DNA of 64,000 bases from Selenomonadaceae bacterium (GTDB lineage: Bacteria; Bacillota; Negativicutes; Selenomonadales; Selenomonadaceae), in NCBI GenBank assembly GCA_017515635.1, contig JAFWFO010000001.1, positions 1,162-65,161 on the forward strand, in the 5' to 3' direction. The position numbers and the translations under genes were made by a program. Below the pieces are notes generated by a model. The model was given only the letters and a program-made list of their open reading frames with translations. It had not been told where the DNA came from and searched no databases. Positions 46,162 to 54,129 of this stretch are shown piece after piece (the stretch's first letter is position 1; the number at the start of each line of letters is the position of its first letter).

Positions 46162-46533
46162 TTACCATTTCCAATCTTTTTCCGTCATGTAGTGTCCGGT
46201 AACTTTCATTGCGTGCTGACGCGCCTGTTCCTGCGTAACTTGCTGACCGTTGATGAAATATTTATTGGGGGCTCCTTCACCGATTATATAACCCGAATGA
46301 AGTTCTGCCTTGACTCCGACTGTTGCCCAAGCTTTTGTGATTTCTTCGCCGTGCGATTGATTTCTAATTCGCCATTCACCATAGCGGTCGCATGAGCCGT
46401 TCAAACTGTTCAAAAAGCGGCTGTCATCTGCCATTTCAGTTGTAGTGCCGCCCGCGACCCGGTCGAGTTCCTTGTCGTTCAACTTTTCCAGCTCGTCGTT
46501 GATTTTTTTGAGGTTTTCTTCACGTGTTGCCAT
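46162..46533 (-). CDS. double-glycine-leader secreted protein, paralog A (123 aa; 94-aa core)
   Basis: MATREENLKKINDELEKLNDKELDRVAGG|TTTEMADDSRFLNSL.... AGGAG RBS. Own promoter and terminator. Confidence 0.75.
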   Translation of the reverse strand: MATREENLKKINDELEKLNDKELDRVAGGTTTEMADDSRFLNSLNGSCDRYGEWRIRNQSHGEEITKAWATVGVKAELHSGYIIGEGAPNKYFINGQQVTQEQARQHAMKVTGHYMTEKDWKW

Positions 46534-46624
46534 TGTTATCAATCTCCTTTGATTTGATTAAAAATTTTTTTCGGCAGTGCTGTCAATTCAGCGTGTCCCT
46601 TGCGGCTCTGTTTTTCTGACTGTT

Positions 46625-46651
46625 ATACGACGTGAAACGCATTTCGTTACA
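46625..46651 (-). promoter_or_regulatory. ECF-sigma-like promoter TGTAAC-16nt-CGTAT (upstream of paralog A)
   Basis: The minus strand has TGTAAC (46651-46) and CGTAT (46629-25). A sigma-A-like TTGACG-16-TAAATT lies at 46680-46653. Confidence 0.45.
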
Positions 46652-46682
46652 GAATTTAGCAGAAATTTTTTGTCCGTCAACG

Positions 46683-46716
46683 AAAAAAACCTCCGACGTG
46701 TGCCGAAGGGATTTTT
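46683..46716 (-). terminator. cassette terminator (copy 3 of 3)
   Basis: The minus strand reads CCCTTCG-GCACACGT-CGGAGG plus T7. Confidence 0.75.
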
Positions 46717-46746
46717 AACGATTGCGACCGTGCGCCGCATTTTGAT

Positions 46747-47088
46747 TCAACCCCACGCAACCGATCTTGCATGAGCGTACGCTTCGTCGCGGGAAACATC
46801 CTTGCCATTGACTTTATATTCGTTGTCGTAAACCGCGCCGCCGTGCCACTTAAACTCAACGCCGTATCTTGCCCATTCTTCCTTGATGAGATTTTCAGTA
46901 ACTGTACCGGGCGTAAACGCAAGTGCAGCTTCGTTGATTTCATTAAAATCGGGATTCAACGTGTGCAGAAAATGACTGTCGTCAGCGGTTTGATGCCAAG
47001 TGCCGCCCGCGACCTCTTCAAGCTGTTCGTCGCTCAATTTTTCGAGTTCGTCATTGATTTTTTTGAGATTTTCTTCGCGTGTTGCCAT
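46747..47088 (-). CDS. double-glycine-leader secreted protein, paralog B (113 aa; 84-aa core)
   Basis: MATREENLKKINDELEKLSDEQLEEVAGG|TWHQTADDSHFLHTL...WHGGAVYDNEY...SRDEAYAHA. Confidence 0.75.
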   Translation of the reverse strand: MATREENLKKINDELEKLSDEQLEEVAGGTWHQTADDSHFLHTLNPDFNEINEAALAFTPGTVTENLIKEEWARYGVEFKWHGGAVYDNEYKVNGKDVSRDEAYAHARSVAWG

Positions 47089-47122
47089 TTGAGATTTCTC
47101 CTTTCATTGAAGGTTCCGAAGA

Positions 47123-47464
47123 TTATTTACCGAAAATGCTTTTCGCGTGGTTGATAGCTTCATCGCGGGAGACTTTTCTCGTGCCAATGTAGTATTCGTT
47201 GTCGTAAATCGCGCCGCCGTGCCAAATGAAGTTTATGCCGCAAGCTTTCCACGCCGCTTGAACTTCTTCCTCTTTGCTTGAGCCGGCTGTAAATGCGAGT
47301 TCAGCACCGGTGTACTTTTCGCACAAGTCCGCCAAGTTATGAAGAAATTCACTGTCATCAGCAGTTTGACCCCAAGTGCCGCCCGTGATTTGTTCAAGTT
47401 GTTCGTCGCTCAACTGTTCGAGCTTGGCATTGATTTTTTTGAAGTTTTCTTCGCGTGTTGCCAT
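47123..47464 (-). CDS. double-glycine-leader secreted protein, paralog C (113 aa; 84-aa core)
   Basis: MATREENFKKINAKLEQLSDEQLEQITGG|TWGQTADDSEFLHNL...WHGGAIYDNEY...SRDEAINHA. Confidence 0.75.
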   Translation of the reverse strand: MATREENFKKINAKLEQLSDEQLEQITGGTWGQTADDSEFLHNLADLCEKYTGAELAFTAGSSKEEEVQAAWKACGINFIWHGGAIYDNEYYIGTRKVSRDEAINHAKSIFGK

Positions 47465-47482
47465 GTTAATCAGTCTCCTTTC

Positions 47483-47851
47483 TTATTCGCGACCCAAGAG
47501 TTTCGAGGCGTAAGTCCATGCCTGTGATTGAGTAAGTTTTTCGCCGGTATCCTTTACGACATAATCGTTAGTGGGACCAAGAATATGTTCGGTAAAATCA
47601 ATGCCCAGCACACCCCAAGCTTTTTTGACATCGTCCGGACTCGCGGTGCGAGTTCTGATAATTCCCAACAACATCGTATGAACATCAGGTCTTTTAGGGG
47701 CATCGGCGGTTCCCTTCAAAAGAGCGTTCAGAAAGGAAGCGTCTCTTATGGTTTGGGTACGAGTGCCGCCCGCGACTTGTTCAAGCTGTTCGTCGCTCAA
47801 CTGTTCGAGTTGCTCGTTAATTTTTTTGAGATTTTCTTCGCGTGTTGTCAT
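47483..47851 (-). CDS. double-glycine-leader secreted protein, paralog D (122 aa; 93-aa core)
   Basis: MTTREENLKKINEQLEQLSDEQLEQVAGG|TRTQTIRDASFLNAL.... ATG 47851 lies behind AAGGAGA. The longer track ORF (to 48022) only translates the promoter and leader. Confidence 0.75.
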   Translation of the reverse strand: MTTREENLKKINEQLEQLSDEQLEQVAGGTRTQTIRDASFLNALLKGTADAPKRPDVHTMLLGIIRTRTASPDDVKKAWGVLGIDFTEHILGPTNDYVVKDTGEKLTQSQAWTYASKLLGRE

Positions 47852-47938
47852 GTTGAACGGTCTCCTTTCCGATAAAAGTTTAATTCGCTGTGCTGTCAAT
47901 TCAGCTTGTCCCTTGCGGATTGTTTCTTTCTGCATGTT

Positions 47939-47965
47939 ATACGCCGTGAATCCGATTTCGTTACG
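47939..47965 (-). promoter_or_regulatory. ECF-sigma-like promoter CGTAAC-16nt-CGTAT (upstream of paralogs D-C-B)
   Basis: The minus strand has CGTAAC (47965-60) and CGTAT (47943-39). A sigma-A-like TTGACC-16-TAAAGT lies at 47994-47967 and overlaps the RND stop codon. Confidence 0.45.
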
Positions 47966-47990
47966 CACTTTAGCAAAAAATTTTTTGCGG

Positions 47991-50900
47991 TCAATTTTTC
48001 CCATTGAGGTAAACTGCCGCATACATGACGGGCAAAACCAACAACGTCAAGACCGTCGCCACGAGCAAGCCGCCCGCGATTGCAACCGCCATCGGTGCCC
48101 AAAAGACGCTTAACATCAACGGAAACATGCCGAGAATCGCCGCCGCCGCCGTCAACATTATCGGGCGGAAACGCAAAATTGCCGAATCGATTATCGCGTC
48201 GTGAAGATTTTCGCCCGCCGTGACGTGTTGTTGAATTTGGTCGATTAAAATTACCGAGTTGCGAATTATCATGCCCGACAGCGCGATAACGCCGAGTTCC
48301 GCCACGAAGCCCAAAGGTTTCGACAAAATTATCAGCGCGAAGATAACGCCGATTAATCCGAGCGGCGCGGTCAAAAGCGTCAACACCATTGCTTTGGCGT
48401 CGTTGAGCTGAAACATTAGCAACGTCATTATCACGAACACGACAAGCGGCAACATTGCGGCGAGATGTCCCGTCGATTTTTCGGATTGCTCCAAATCGCC
48501 CGCAGGTTCAATCGAATAACCGAGCGGCAAATCTTTTCGCAAGTCTTCCGTTGCGTCGAAGGCTTTTTTGGTTGCGTCGTTCGCCGTGCCCGATAAAATA
48601 TTCGCCTGCACAGTAATTGTCGGTTTCAAGTCGCGTCGGACAATCAAGCCGTATTCCGCGTCGAAAGAAATTTTTGCAATTTGTTCAAGTGGCACGTAAC
48701 CCGCCGCGCCGAGATAAATCGGCAAATTTTTCAACGCGGCAAGATTATTTCTGTCCGCCGCTGCAAGTCTCAAATCAATGTCAATCGTCCTGTCGCCCGT
48801 GTAAAATTCTGCCGACTTCGCGCCCGTGATTTCCGTGTACAGTGTGGACTTGACGGCTTGACTTGAAACGCCGAGCGCACGAAGTTTATCCTGGTCAAGC
48901 TCAATGCGCACGACTTTAGATTTTTCGTTCCAGTCAAGGTGAACGTTCACGGCGTTTGGATTTTCGGCAACGCGGTCTGAAACTTTTTCGGCGAGCGCGT
49001 GAACTTTTTCAATGTCCGTGCCGGAAACGCGCAACATAATCGGATAATCGGCGGGCGGCCCCGTTTGAATCAGCTGAATATTTGTCCGCACGTTCGGAAA
49101 ATTTTCGGCAAGTTCGTTACGGATTTTGTAAATCAAATCGTCGCGAACGTCTTCGGATTTTGCGGTAACGACGAATTTTGCGCGATTGTCGGCGTCGGTT
49201 TTCGGCGCGATAGTCAACACGAAACGCGGCGTGTCTTTGCCGACATAGCAGGCGAAATTTTCAATGTTATCGCGTTCAGTCTCCAGAAATTTCGTGAACT
49301 CGTCGACTTCGGCTTGAGTGGCGGCGATTGAAGAACCTTCGGGCAAACGCATTTCGATTAAAATTTCGGGACGAATCGACGGCGGGAAAAATTCCAGCTG
49401 CACGAATCCTGCCGCGAAAATTGTCACTGCGAAACTTGCGATTGTTCCGGCGAGTACCAAAATTTTGTTGTCCAAAAAAATTTCAAGCACGCGCCGAAAA
49501 CTTCTGTAAAAACGCCCGTCGTAAAGTTCGGCGGGAAATTTTTTTTCGACTTTGATTAAGTGCCAACCGAACAGCGGCGCGACCATAACCGAGACAATCC
49601 ACGACAGCAACAGCGCGATTGACACGACCCAAAACATGTCGCGGCAAAATTCGCTTGCCATGCCTTTCGCGAACGCCACGGGGATAAAGCCCGCGCAGGT
49701 TATCAGCGTGCCCGTCAGCATCGGTTTTGCCGTGACGTTGAACGCGTGACAGGCGGCGTCGAATCGTGACAGCCCGCGCTCAAGTTGCACGCTCATCATT
49801 TCCACGGCGATTATCGCGTCGTCGACGAGCAACCCCAACGCGATTATCAGCGAGCCGAGCGAAACTTTGTGCAGGTCAATTCCGAGCACGAACATAAAGC
49901 AAAATGTCCCCGCCAAAACCAGCGGAATGCAACCCGCGACGACTAAACCCGTTCGCACGCCGAGACTTGCGAAACTCACGCCCAAAACGATTACGATTGC
50001 CAAAACTAAAGTTTCAATGAATTCGCTGATTGATTCTTCGACGACTTCAGGTTGATTTGATACTTGATGAAGTTCCAAACCCAGCGGCAATTCGGATTGA
50101 ATTTCTTCCGTCATGACGCGCAGATTTTCGCCGAGTCGCAAAATATTTCCGCCTTCTTCCATTGACACGGCAATTCCAATCGCGGGCTTGCCGTCGAAAA
50201 ACATTTTCGGTTCGGGCGGGTCAATGTAACGTCGCTCAACTTTGGCAATGTCTGCTAGCCGAAAAATTTTCCCGTTCGCATTAATCGGCAGATTTTTTAT
50301 CGCATCCACGTCGTCGAAAATTCCCGTCACGCGCAAATAAACGTTGTCGCTTGAAGTTTCGACCATGCCGGCGGGCGTCATCGAATTTTGCGCGGCGAGC
50401 GTGTTTGAAATTATTTGCGGACTGATTCCGAGTTCCGAAAGTTTGACGTGCTCAATTTCGACGTAAACAATTTCGGATTGCACGCCGACGAGTTCAATTT
50501 TTTTCACGTCGTGAACGTCAAGAAGCAAGCGGCGAATATTTTCCGCGTGTTGTCGAAGTTCTTCATAAGTGAAGCCGTCGCCCGTCAACGCGTAAATCGA
50601 GCCGAAAACTTCGTCGTAAGTGTCATTAAAAAAAATTCCCGCAACACCTTCGGGCAGTTCGCTTTTGATGTCCGAGCAATAATTTCGCACGTCGCGCCAC
50701 GTCGGACGAATCTGCGCGGTCGGCAATTCGTCATTCAGCTCAACATAAATCACGGTGGAATTCGGGCGCGTTTCGCTCCGCAAATTGTCAAGTCCGGGAA
50801 TATCCTGCAATTTTTTTTCGAGCTTGTCGGTAACCTGTCGTTGCATTTCGTCGGCGGTTGCGCCCGGCCAATACGCGGCGACAATCATTTGACGGACGAC

Positions 50901-51023
50901 AAATTTCGGATCTTCCATGCGCCCAAGTTTGAAGTAAGAAAAAATCCCGCCGATAACCGCGACAAAAATAAAATACCAAATCAGCGAACGATTTTTGAGC
51001 GACAGTTCCGTTAGATTTCTCAA
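47991..51023 (-). CDS. RND-family efflux transporter permease (AcrB/CzcA superfamily)
   Basis: About 1010 aa with a 12-TM layout and two large periplasmic loops. The start is placed at TTG 51023 behind AGGTGA ((M)RNLTELSLKNRSLIWYFIF...). The track extension to 51122 runs through an intergenic repeat. Confidence 0.88.
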   Translation of the reverse strand: MRNLTELSLKNRSLIWYFIFVAVIGGIFSYFKLGRMEDPKFVVRQMIVAAYWPGATADEMQRQVTDKLEKKLQDIPGLDNLRSETRPNSTVIYVELNDELPTAQIRPTWRDVRNYCSDIKSELPEGVAGIFFNDTYDEVFGSIYALTGDGFTYEELRQHAENIRRLLLDVHDVKKIELVGVQSEIVYVEIEHVKLSELGISPQIISNTLAAQNSMTPAGMVETSSDNVYLRVTGIFDDVDAIKNLPINANGKIFRLADIAKVERRYIDPPEPKMFFDGKPAIGIAVSMEEGGNILRLGENLRVMTEEIQSELPLGLELHQVSNQPEVVEESISEFIETLVLAIVIVLGVSFASLGVRTGLVVAGCIPLVLAGTFCFMFVLGIDLHKVSLGSLIIALGLLVDDAIIAVEMMSVQLERGLSRFDAACHAFNVTAKPMLTGTLITCAGFIPVAFAKGMASEFCRDMFWVVSIALLLSWIVSVMVAPLFGWHLIKVEKKFPAELYDGRFYRSFRRVLEIFLDNKILVLAGTIASFAVTIFAAGFVQLEFFPPSIRPEILIEMRLPEGSSIAATQAEVDEFTKFLETERDNIENFACYVGKDTPRFVLTIAPKTDADNRAKFVVTAKSEDVRDDLIYKIRNELAENFPNVRTNIQLIQTGPPADYPIMLRVSGTDIEKVHALAEKVSDRVAENPNAVNVHLDWNEKSKVVRIELDQDKLRALGVSSQAVKSTLYTEITGAKSAEFYTGDRTIDIDLRLAAADRNNLAALKNLPIYLGAAGYVPLEQIAKISFDAEYGLIVRRDLKPTITVQANILSGTANDATKKAFDATEDLRKDLPLGYSIEPAGDLEQSEKSTGHLAAMLPLVVFVIMTLLMFQLNDAKAMVLTLLTAPLGLIGVIFALIILSKPLGFVAELGVIALSGMIIRNSVILIDQIQQHVTAGENLHDAIIDSAILRFRPIMLTAAAAILGMFPLMLSVFWAPMAVAIAGGLLVATVLTLLVLPVMYAAVYLNGKN

Positions 51024-51029
51024 GCGCAA

Positions 51030-51118
51030 TTCACCTGCCAGAAAATTTTTCAACGTATGCGAACGAAAACAAGTCAAAGTTATTCCAACTGTTCCGCCGC
51101 TTTTAAAGCGGCCGCACG
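51030..51118 (-). repeat. dispersed intergenic element, copy C
   Basis: The minus strand reads GCGGCCGCTTTAAAAGCGGCGGAACAGTTGGAATAACT..., between the MFP and RND genes. Confidence 0.75.
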
Positions 51119-52168
51119 TCAATCACCCGTCCTGACTTGCTGCCCGTCGCGCAGTTTGTGCACGCCGGCAACGACAACTTTATCGCCCGACTTCAGCCCG
51201 CGCACGCGCACGGAATTTTCGTCGAACGCGGAAACTTCAACTTGACGCAACGAAACTTTATCGCCGTCGACAAGCCAAACTTGAGCAACTCCGCCCGTTT
51301 GATAAATCGCGCTGAGAGGCACAACAATCGCGCTTGAAGAAATTTTTGACGCCGGTGAAACGCTTGCCGTCATGCCGAGCCGAATATTGGGCACGTCGGG
51401 CAAAGAAATTTTCACGGCGAACGTTCGGGACGCGGGATCAGCCATCGGGGAAATTTCGCGAACGGAACCGCTTACACCGTCGCCCGTCGCCCAAAATTTT
51501 ATCGTGACGCGTTGACCGATTTGCACAGAAGAAATTTTGTTTTCGGGAATGTTGACGACGACATCAAAATCATTTGTCTGCACGAGCGTCAAAACGGTTT
51601 GCCCCGCCGCAACGACTTGACCGATTTCCGCGTTGACGTTCGAGATGACCCCGTCGGCGTTCGCGGTTAAATGCGTGTAACCCAGCGCGTTTTGACTTTG
51701 GCGGGCTTGAGCAACTGCGGCGTCGTAAGTTGCCAAAGCGGCGTCGTATTGAGTTTTGTATTGATCGAGCACGGCGGCGGCTATCGCTTCGGATTTAAAA
51801 AGTTCCGTATATCTGTCGAGATTCGCTTTGGCAAGTTGCAGTTGAGCTTGAGCGGAGGCAACCTGCGCGGCGGCGGAATGCGATTGTTCGACGATGTCTT
51901 TCGGGTCGAGCGTCATTAAAATTTCGCCCGCGTGAACCAAGTCGCCCGTTTGCACGTCGCGAGAAATAATTTTCCCGCTGACTTGAAACGACATATTTGT
52001 TTCGTAACGGCCTTTGACGACGCCCGAATAATTTTCTTCGTCGGCGGTGTCGGAAAGTTTGACTTGCTGAACTTTGACGACGGGCGGTTTCATCGGAACA
52101 ACAACTTCGTTGCACCCCGTCACAAAAAAACTCGCCGTGATTATTCCCGTCACAAAAAAATTACGCAT
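51119..52168 (-). CDS. efflux RND periplasmic adaptor (membrane fusion protein), probable lipoprotein
   Basis: Lipobox FFVTGC, with barrel-sandwich, coiled-coil and beta-barrel order typical of the HlyD_D23 family. The start is ambiguous (ATG 52168 or GTG 52180) because it lies in a heptamer repeat. Confidence 0.85.
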   Translation of the reverse strand: MRNFFVTGIITASFFVTGCNEVVVPMKPPVVKVQQVKLSDTADEENYSGVVKGRYETNMSFQVSGKIISRDVQTGDLVHAGEILMTLDPKDIVEQSHSAAAQVASAQAQLQLAKANLDRYTELFKSEAIAAAVLDQYKTQYDAALATYDAAVAQARQSQNALGYTHLTANADGVISNVNAEIGQVVAAGQTVLTLVQTNDFDVVVNIPENKISSVQIGQRVTIKFWATGDGVSGSVREISPMADPASRTFAVKISLPDVPNIRLGMTASVSPASKISSSAIVVPLSAIYQTGGVAQVWLVDGDKVSLRQVEVSAFDENSVRVRGLKSGDKVVVAGVHKLRDGQQVRTGD

Positions 52169-52190
52169 TACGCATTCCACATTCCTAATT
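52160..52190 (-). repeat. GCGTAAT / AATTAGG-like heptamer repeats at the gamma-CA/MFP junction
   Basis: The minus strand reads AATTAGGAATGTGGAATGCGTAATGCGTAAT. Confidence 0.7.
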
Positions 52191-52195
52191 GCTTT

Positions 52196-52738
52196 TCAGT
52201 CGTCCATCCACGCGCTCATGCCCATATTAACGACGTATTCTTTCGCGCACTCGTAATAATGCATCGCTGAAGTTCTCAACGCGGCAATTTCGTCTTGACG
52301 CAAGGCACGCATAATTTTTGCGGGGTTGCCGAAAACCAAAGAGTTATTCGGAATTTTTTTGTACTGCGTGATGACGGTGCCCGCGCCGATAATGCAGTTG
52401 TCGCCAATTTCGGAGTAACCCAAAATAATTGAGCCCATACCGATTAAACAGTCATTGCCGATTGAGCGGCAGTGAATAATCGCGTTGTGTCCGACAGTGA
52501 CATAATTGCCGATAACCGTCGGCTCGTCGCCCATGACGTGCACGGTGCAGTTGTCTTGAATATTCGTGTAGCAGCCGATTCGCACGGGCTGAAAATCTCC
52601 GCGCACGATGACACCAAACCAAATACTTGAGCCTGCACCGATTGTCACGTCTCCGACAACAGACGCACTCGGCGCAACAAAAACGTCCTTAGCGATTTGC
52701 GGTTGCTTGCCCTTGTACGGCAAAATGACAGGTTCCAT
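52196..52738 (-). CDS. gamma-carbonic-anhydrase-family / hexapeptide-repeat protein (YrdA/PaaY-like)
   Basis: Left-handed beta-helix repeats and the I.DNC.VHV....P..IG..VTVGHNA..H pattern. Confidence 0.85.
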   Translation of the reverse strand: MEPVILPYKGKQPQIAKDVFVAPSASVVGDVTIGAGSSIWFGVIVRGDFQPVRIGCYTNIQDNCTVHVMGDEPTVIGNYVTVGHNAIIHCRSIGNDCLIGMGSIILGYSEIGDNCIIGAGTVITQYKKIPNNSLVFGNPAKIMRALRQDEIAALRTSAMHYYECAKEYVVNMGMSAWMDD

Positions 52739-52742
52739 TTAA

Positions 52743-53990
52743 TCAAACCTCCGTAAAAATTTTGAACGTCGAATAAATTTTTTTGAAACGGCGAACGCGT
52801 TCGTCGTGAATCCATTTGCCGATTTCGACGCCTTTAAGTTCGGGCGGGGCATGTCGTCCGCCGATTTTCAACAGCTCGGAAATAATTTCTTCCGCGTGCT
52901 CAAGATACGGCGGCAGTCCGTGATTGTCCGCGTTGATTATGTCGCAGAAATCCCGCACGGAAATTTTCTGCGCGTACATGCCCAAAAGCAAGTCGACGAT
53001 TTTACCCGCGTGGCTCAAGTGCGGGGCGCGCATGTGTTCGCGAATAACGAATTCGGCAGATTTTTTCCAGTCGCTCGGCAAAATCATTCGTTCGCCCATT
53101 TGCTTTAAAACGTCAAGCCCGCGTCGTTCGTGTTTGTAATGGTGCGGCAACATGTCCGGCGGCGTGGTGCCTTTGCCAACGTCGTGCATCAACGCCGCGA
53201 ATCGCACAATCGGTTTCGGGTTGACTTTCGCCACTTCGTCCAAAATATTCAGCGTGTGTTCGTAAGCGTCGCCTTCGGGGTGAAATTCCGTCGGTTGAGT
53301 TTTGCCGCGCAGATTTTCAATTTCGGGGAAAGTTATCGCCAACAAATCCGCCCGCTCCAAACTGCGGAAAAAAATCGACGGCTTATCGGTTTTGAGCGCG
53401 GTCGCCAGTTCGTCGAAAATTCTTTCGGTCGGTTCGTTGGCAACTTCTTCGCCGCAAAGTCTCATAGCGTCAATAGTTTCCGCCGAAATTTCAAAATTAA
53501 ATTGAGCCGCCTGCCGCGCCGCCCGCAACGCACGAACGGGGTCGTCGGTGAAATGTTCGCTGACCGCACGAATTTTTTTGTTTAAAACGTCTTCGCGCCC
53601 GCCGAACGGGTCGACAAGTTCGCCCGACAAAATTTCAATCGCCATTGCGTTAATCGTCGTGTCGCGCCGAAATAAATCTTGTTCAATCGTCACGTTCGGC
53701 GAAAACAAAATTTCAAAGCCGCGATAACCCGTGCCGATTTTTCTTTCCGTGCGTGCGAAAGCAACTTCGCAATGCTCGCCGTCAATTTCAATCGAATACA
53801 CGGGGAAACTTTTGCCGAATTTATCCGCGTCGGGGAAAATTTCCGTGAAAGTTTTTTCGTCAATGCCCGTGACGCAATAATCGCGGTCGTGAGCTTCGAC
53901 GTTGCGAAATTTGTCGCGAACCGCGCCGCCGACAAGGTAAGCCGTGCCGCCCGCCTCGCGAATTTTTTTTGCAAAATCAAGTTCAGTCAT
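52743..53990 (-). CDS. cca: CCA-adding tRNA nucleotidyltransferase with a C-terminal HD domain
   Basis: GGAVRD.....,.DRD head-domain motifs, RRD.TINA, and an HD motif (LMHDVGK). ATG 53990 lies behind GGAGA. Confidence 0.88.
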   Translation of the reverse strand: MTELDFAKKIREAGGTAYLVGGAVRDKFRNVEAHDRDYCVTGIDEKTFTEIFPDADKFGKSFPVYSIEIDGEHCEVAFARTERKIGTGYRGFEILFSPNVTIEQDLFRRDTTINAMAIEILSGELVDPFGGREDVLNKKIRAVSEHFTDDPVRALRAARQAAQFNFEISAETIDAMRLCGEEVANEPTERIFDELATALKTDKPSIFFRSLERADLLAITFPEIENLRGKTQPTEFHPEGDAYEHTLNILDEVAKVNPKPIVRFAALMHDVGKGTTPPDMLPHHYKHERRGLDVLKQMGERMILPSDWKKSAEFVIREHMRAPHLSHAGKIVDLLLGMYAQKISVRDFCDIINADNHGLPPYLEHAEEIISELLKIGGRHAPPELKGVEIGKWIHDERVRRFKKIYSTFKIFTEV

Positions 53991-54129
53991 TGGCAAATCT
54001 CCATGAATTTATATGACGCCGGAAATTATACAACAAACGCGGCGGCTAATCCACTTCGCGGCAAAAAAATTCGACACGCTGAAAATTTCAACGTGCCGCG
54101 TGAAAATTTATGACTGCATGAAAAAATTT

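Noticed and set aside
47852-48022. The N-terminal extension of the paralog D ORF (MRQFTSMGKIDRKKFFAKVRNEIGF...).
   Set aside because: It covers the conserved promoter/leader block that is non-coding upstream of paralog A and the Nif11 gene. A good RBS precedes the internal ATG 47851.
51024-51122. The N-terminal extension of the RND ORF (MTCGRFKSGGTVGITL...).
   Set aside because: It translates dispersed repeat copy C. An AGGTGA RBS followed by TTG 51023 gives a typical RND N-terminus.
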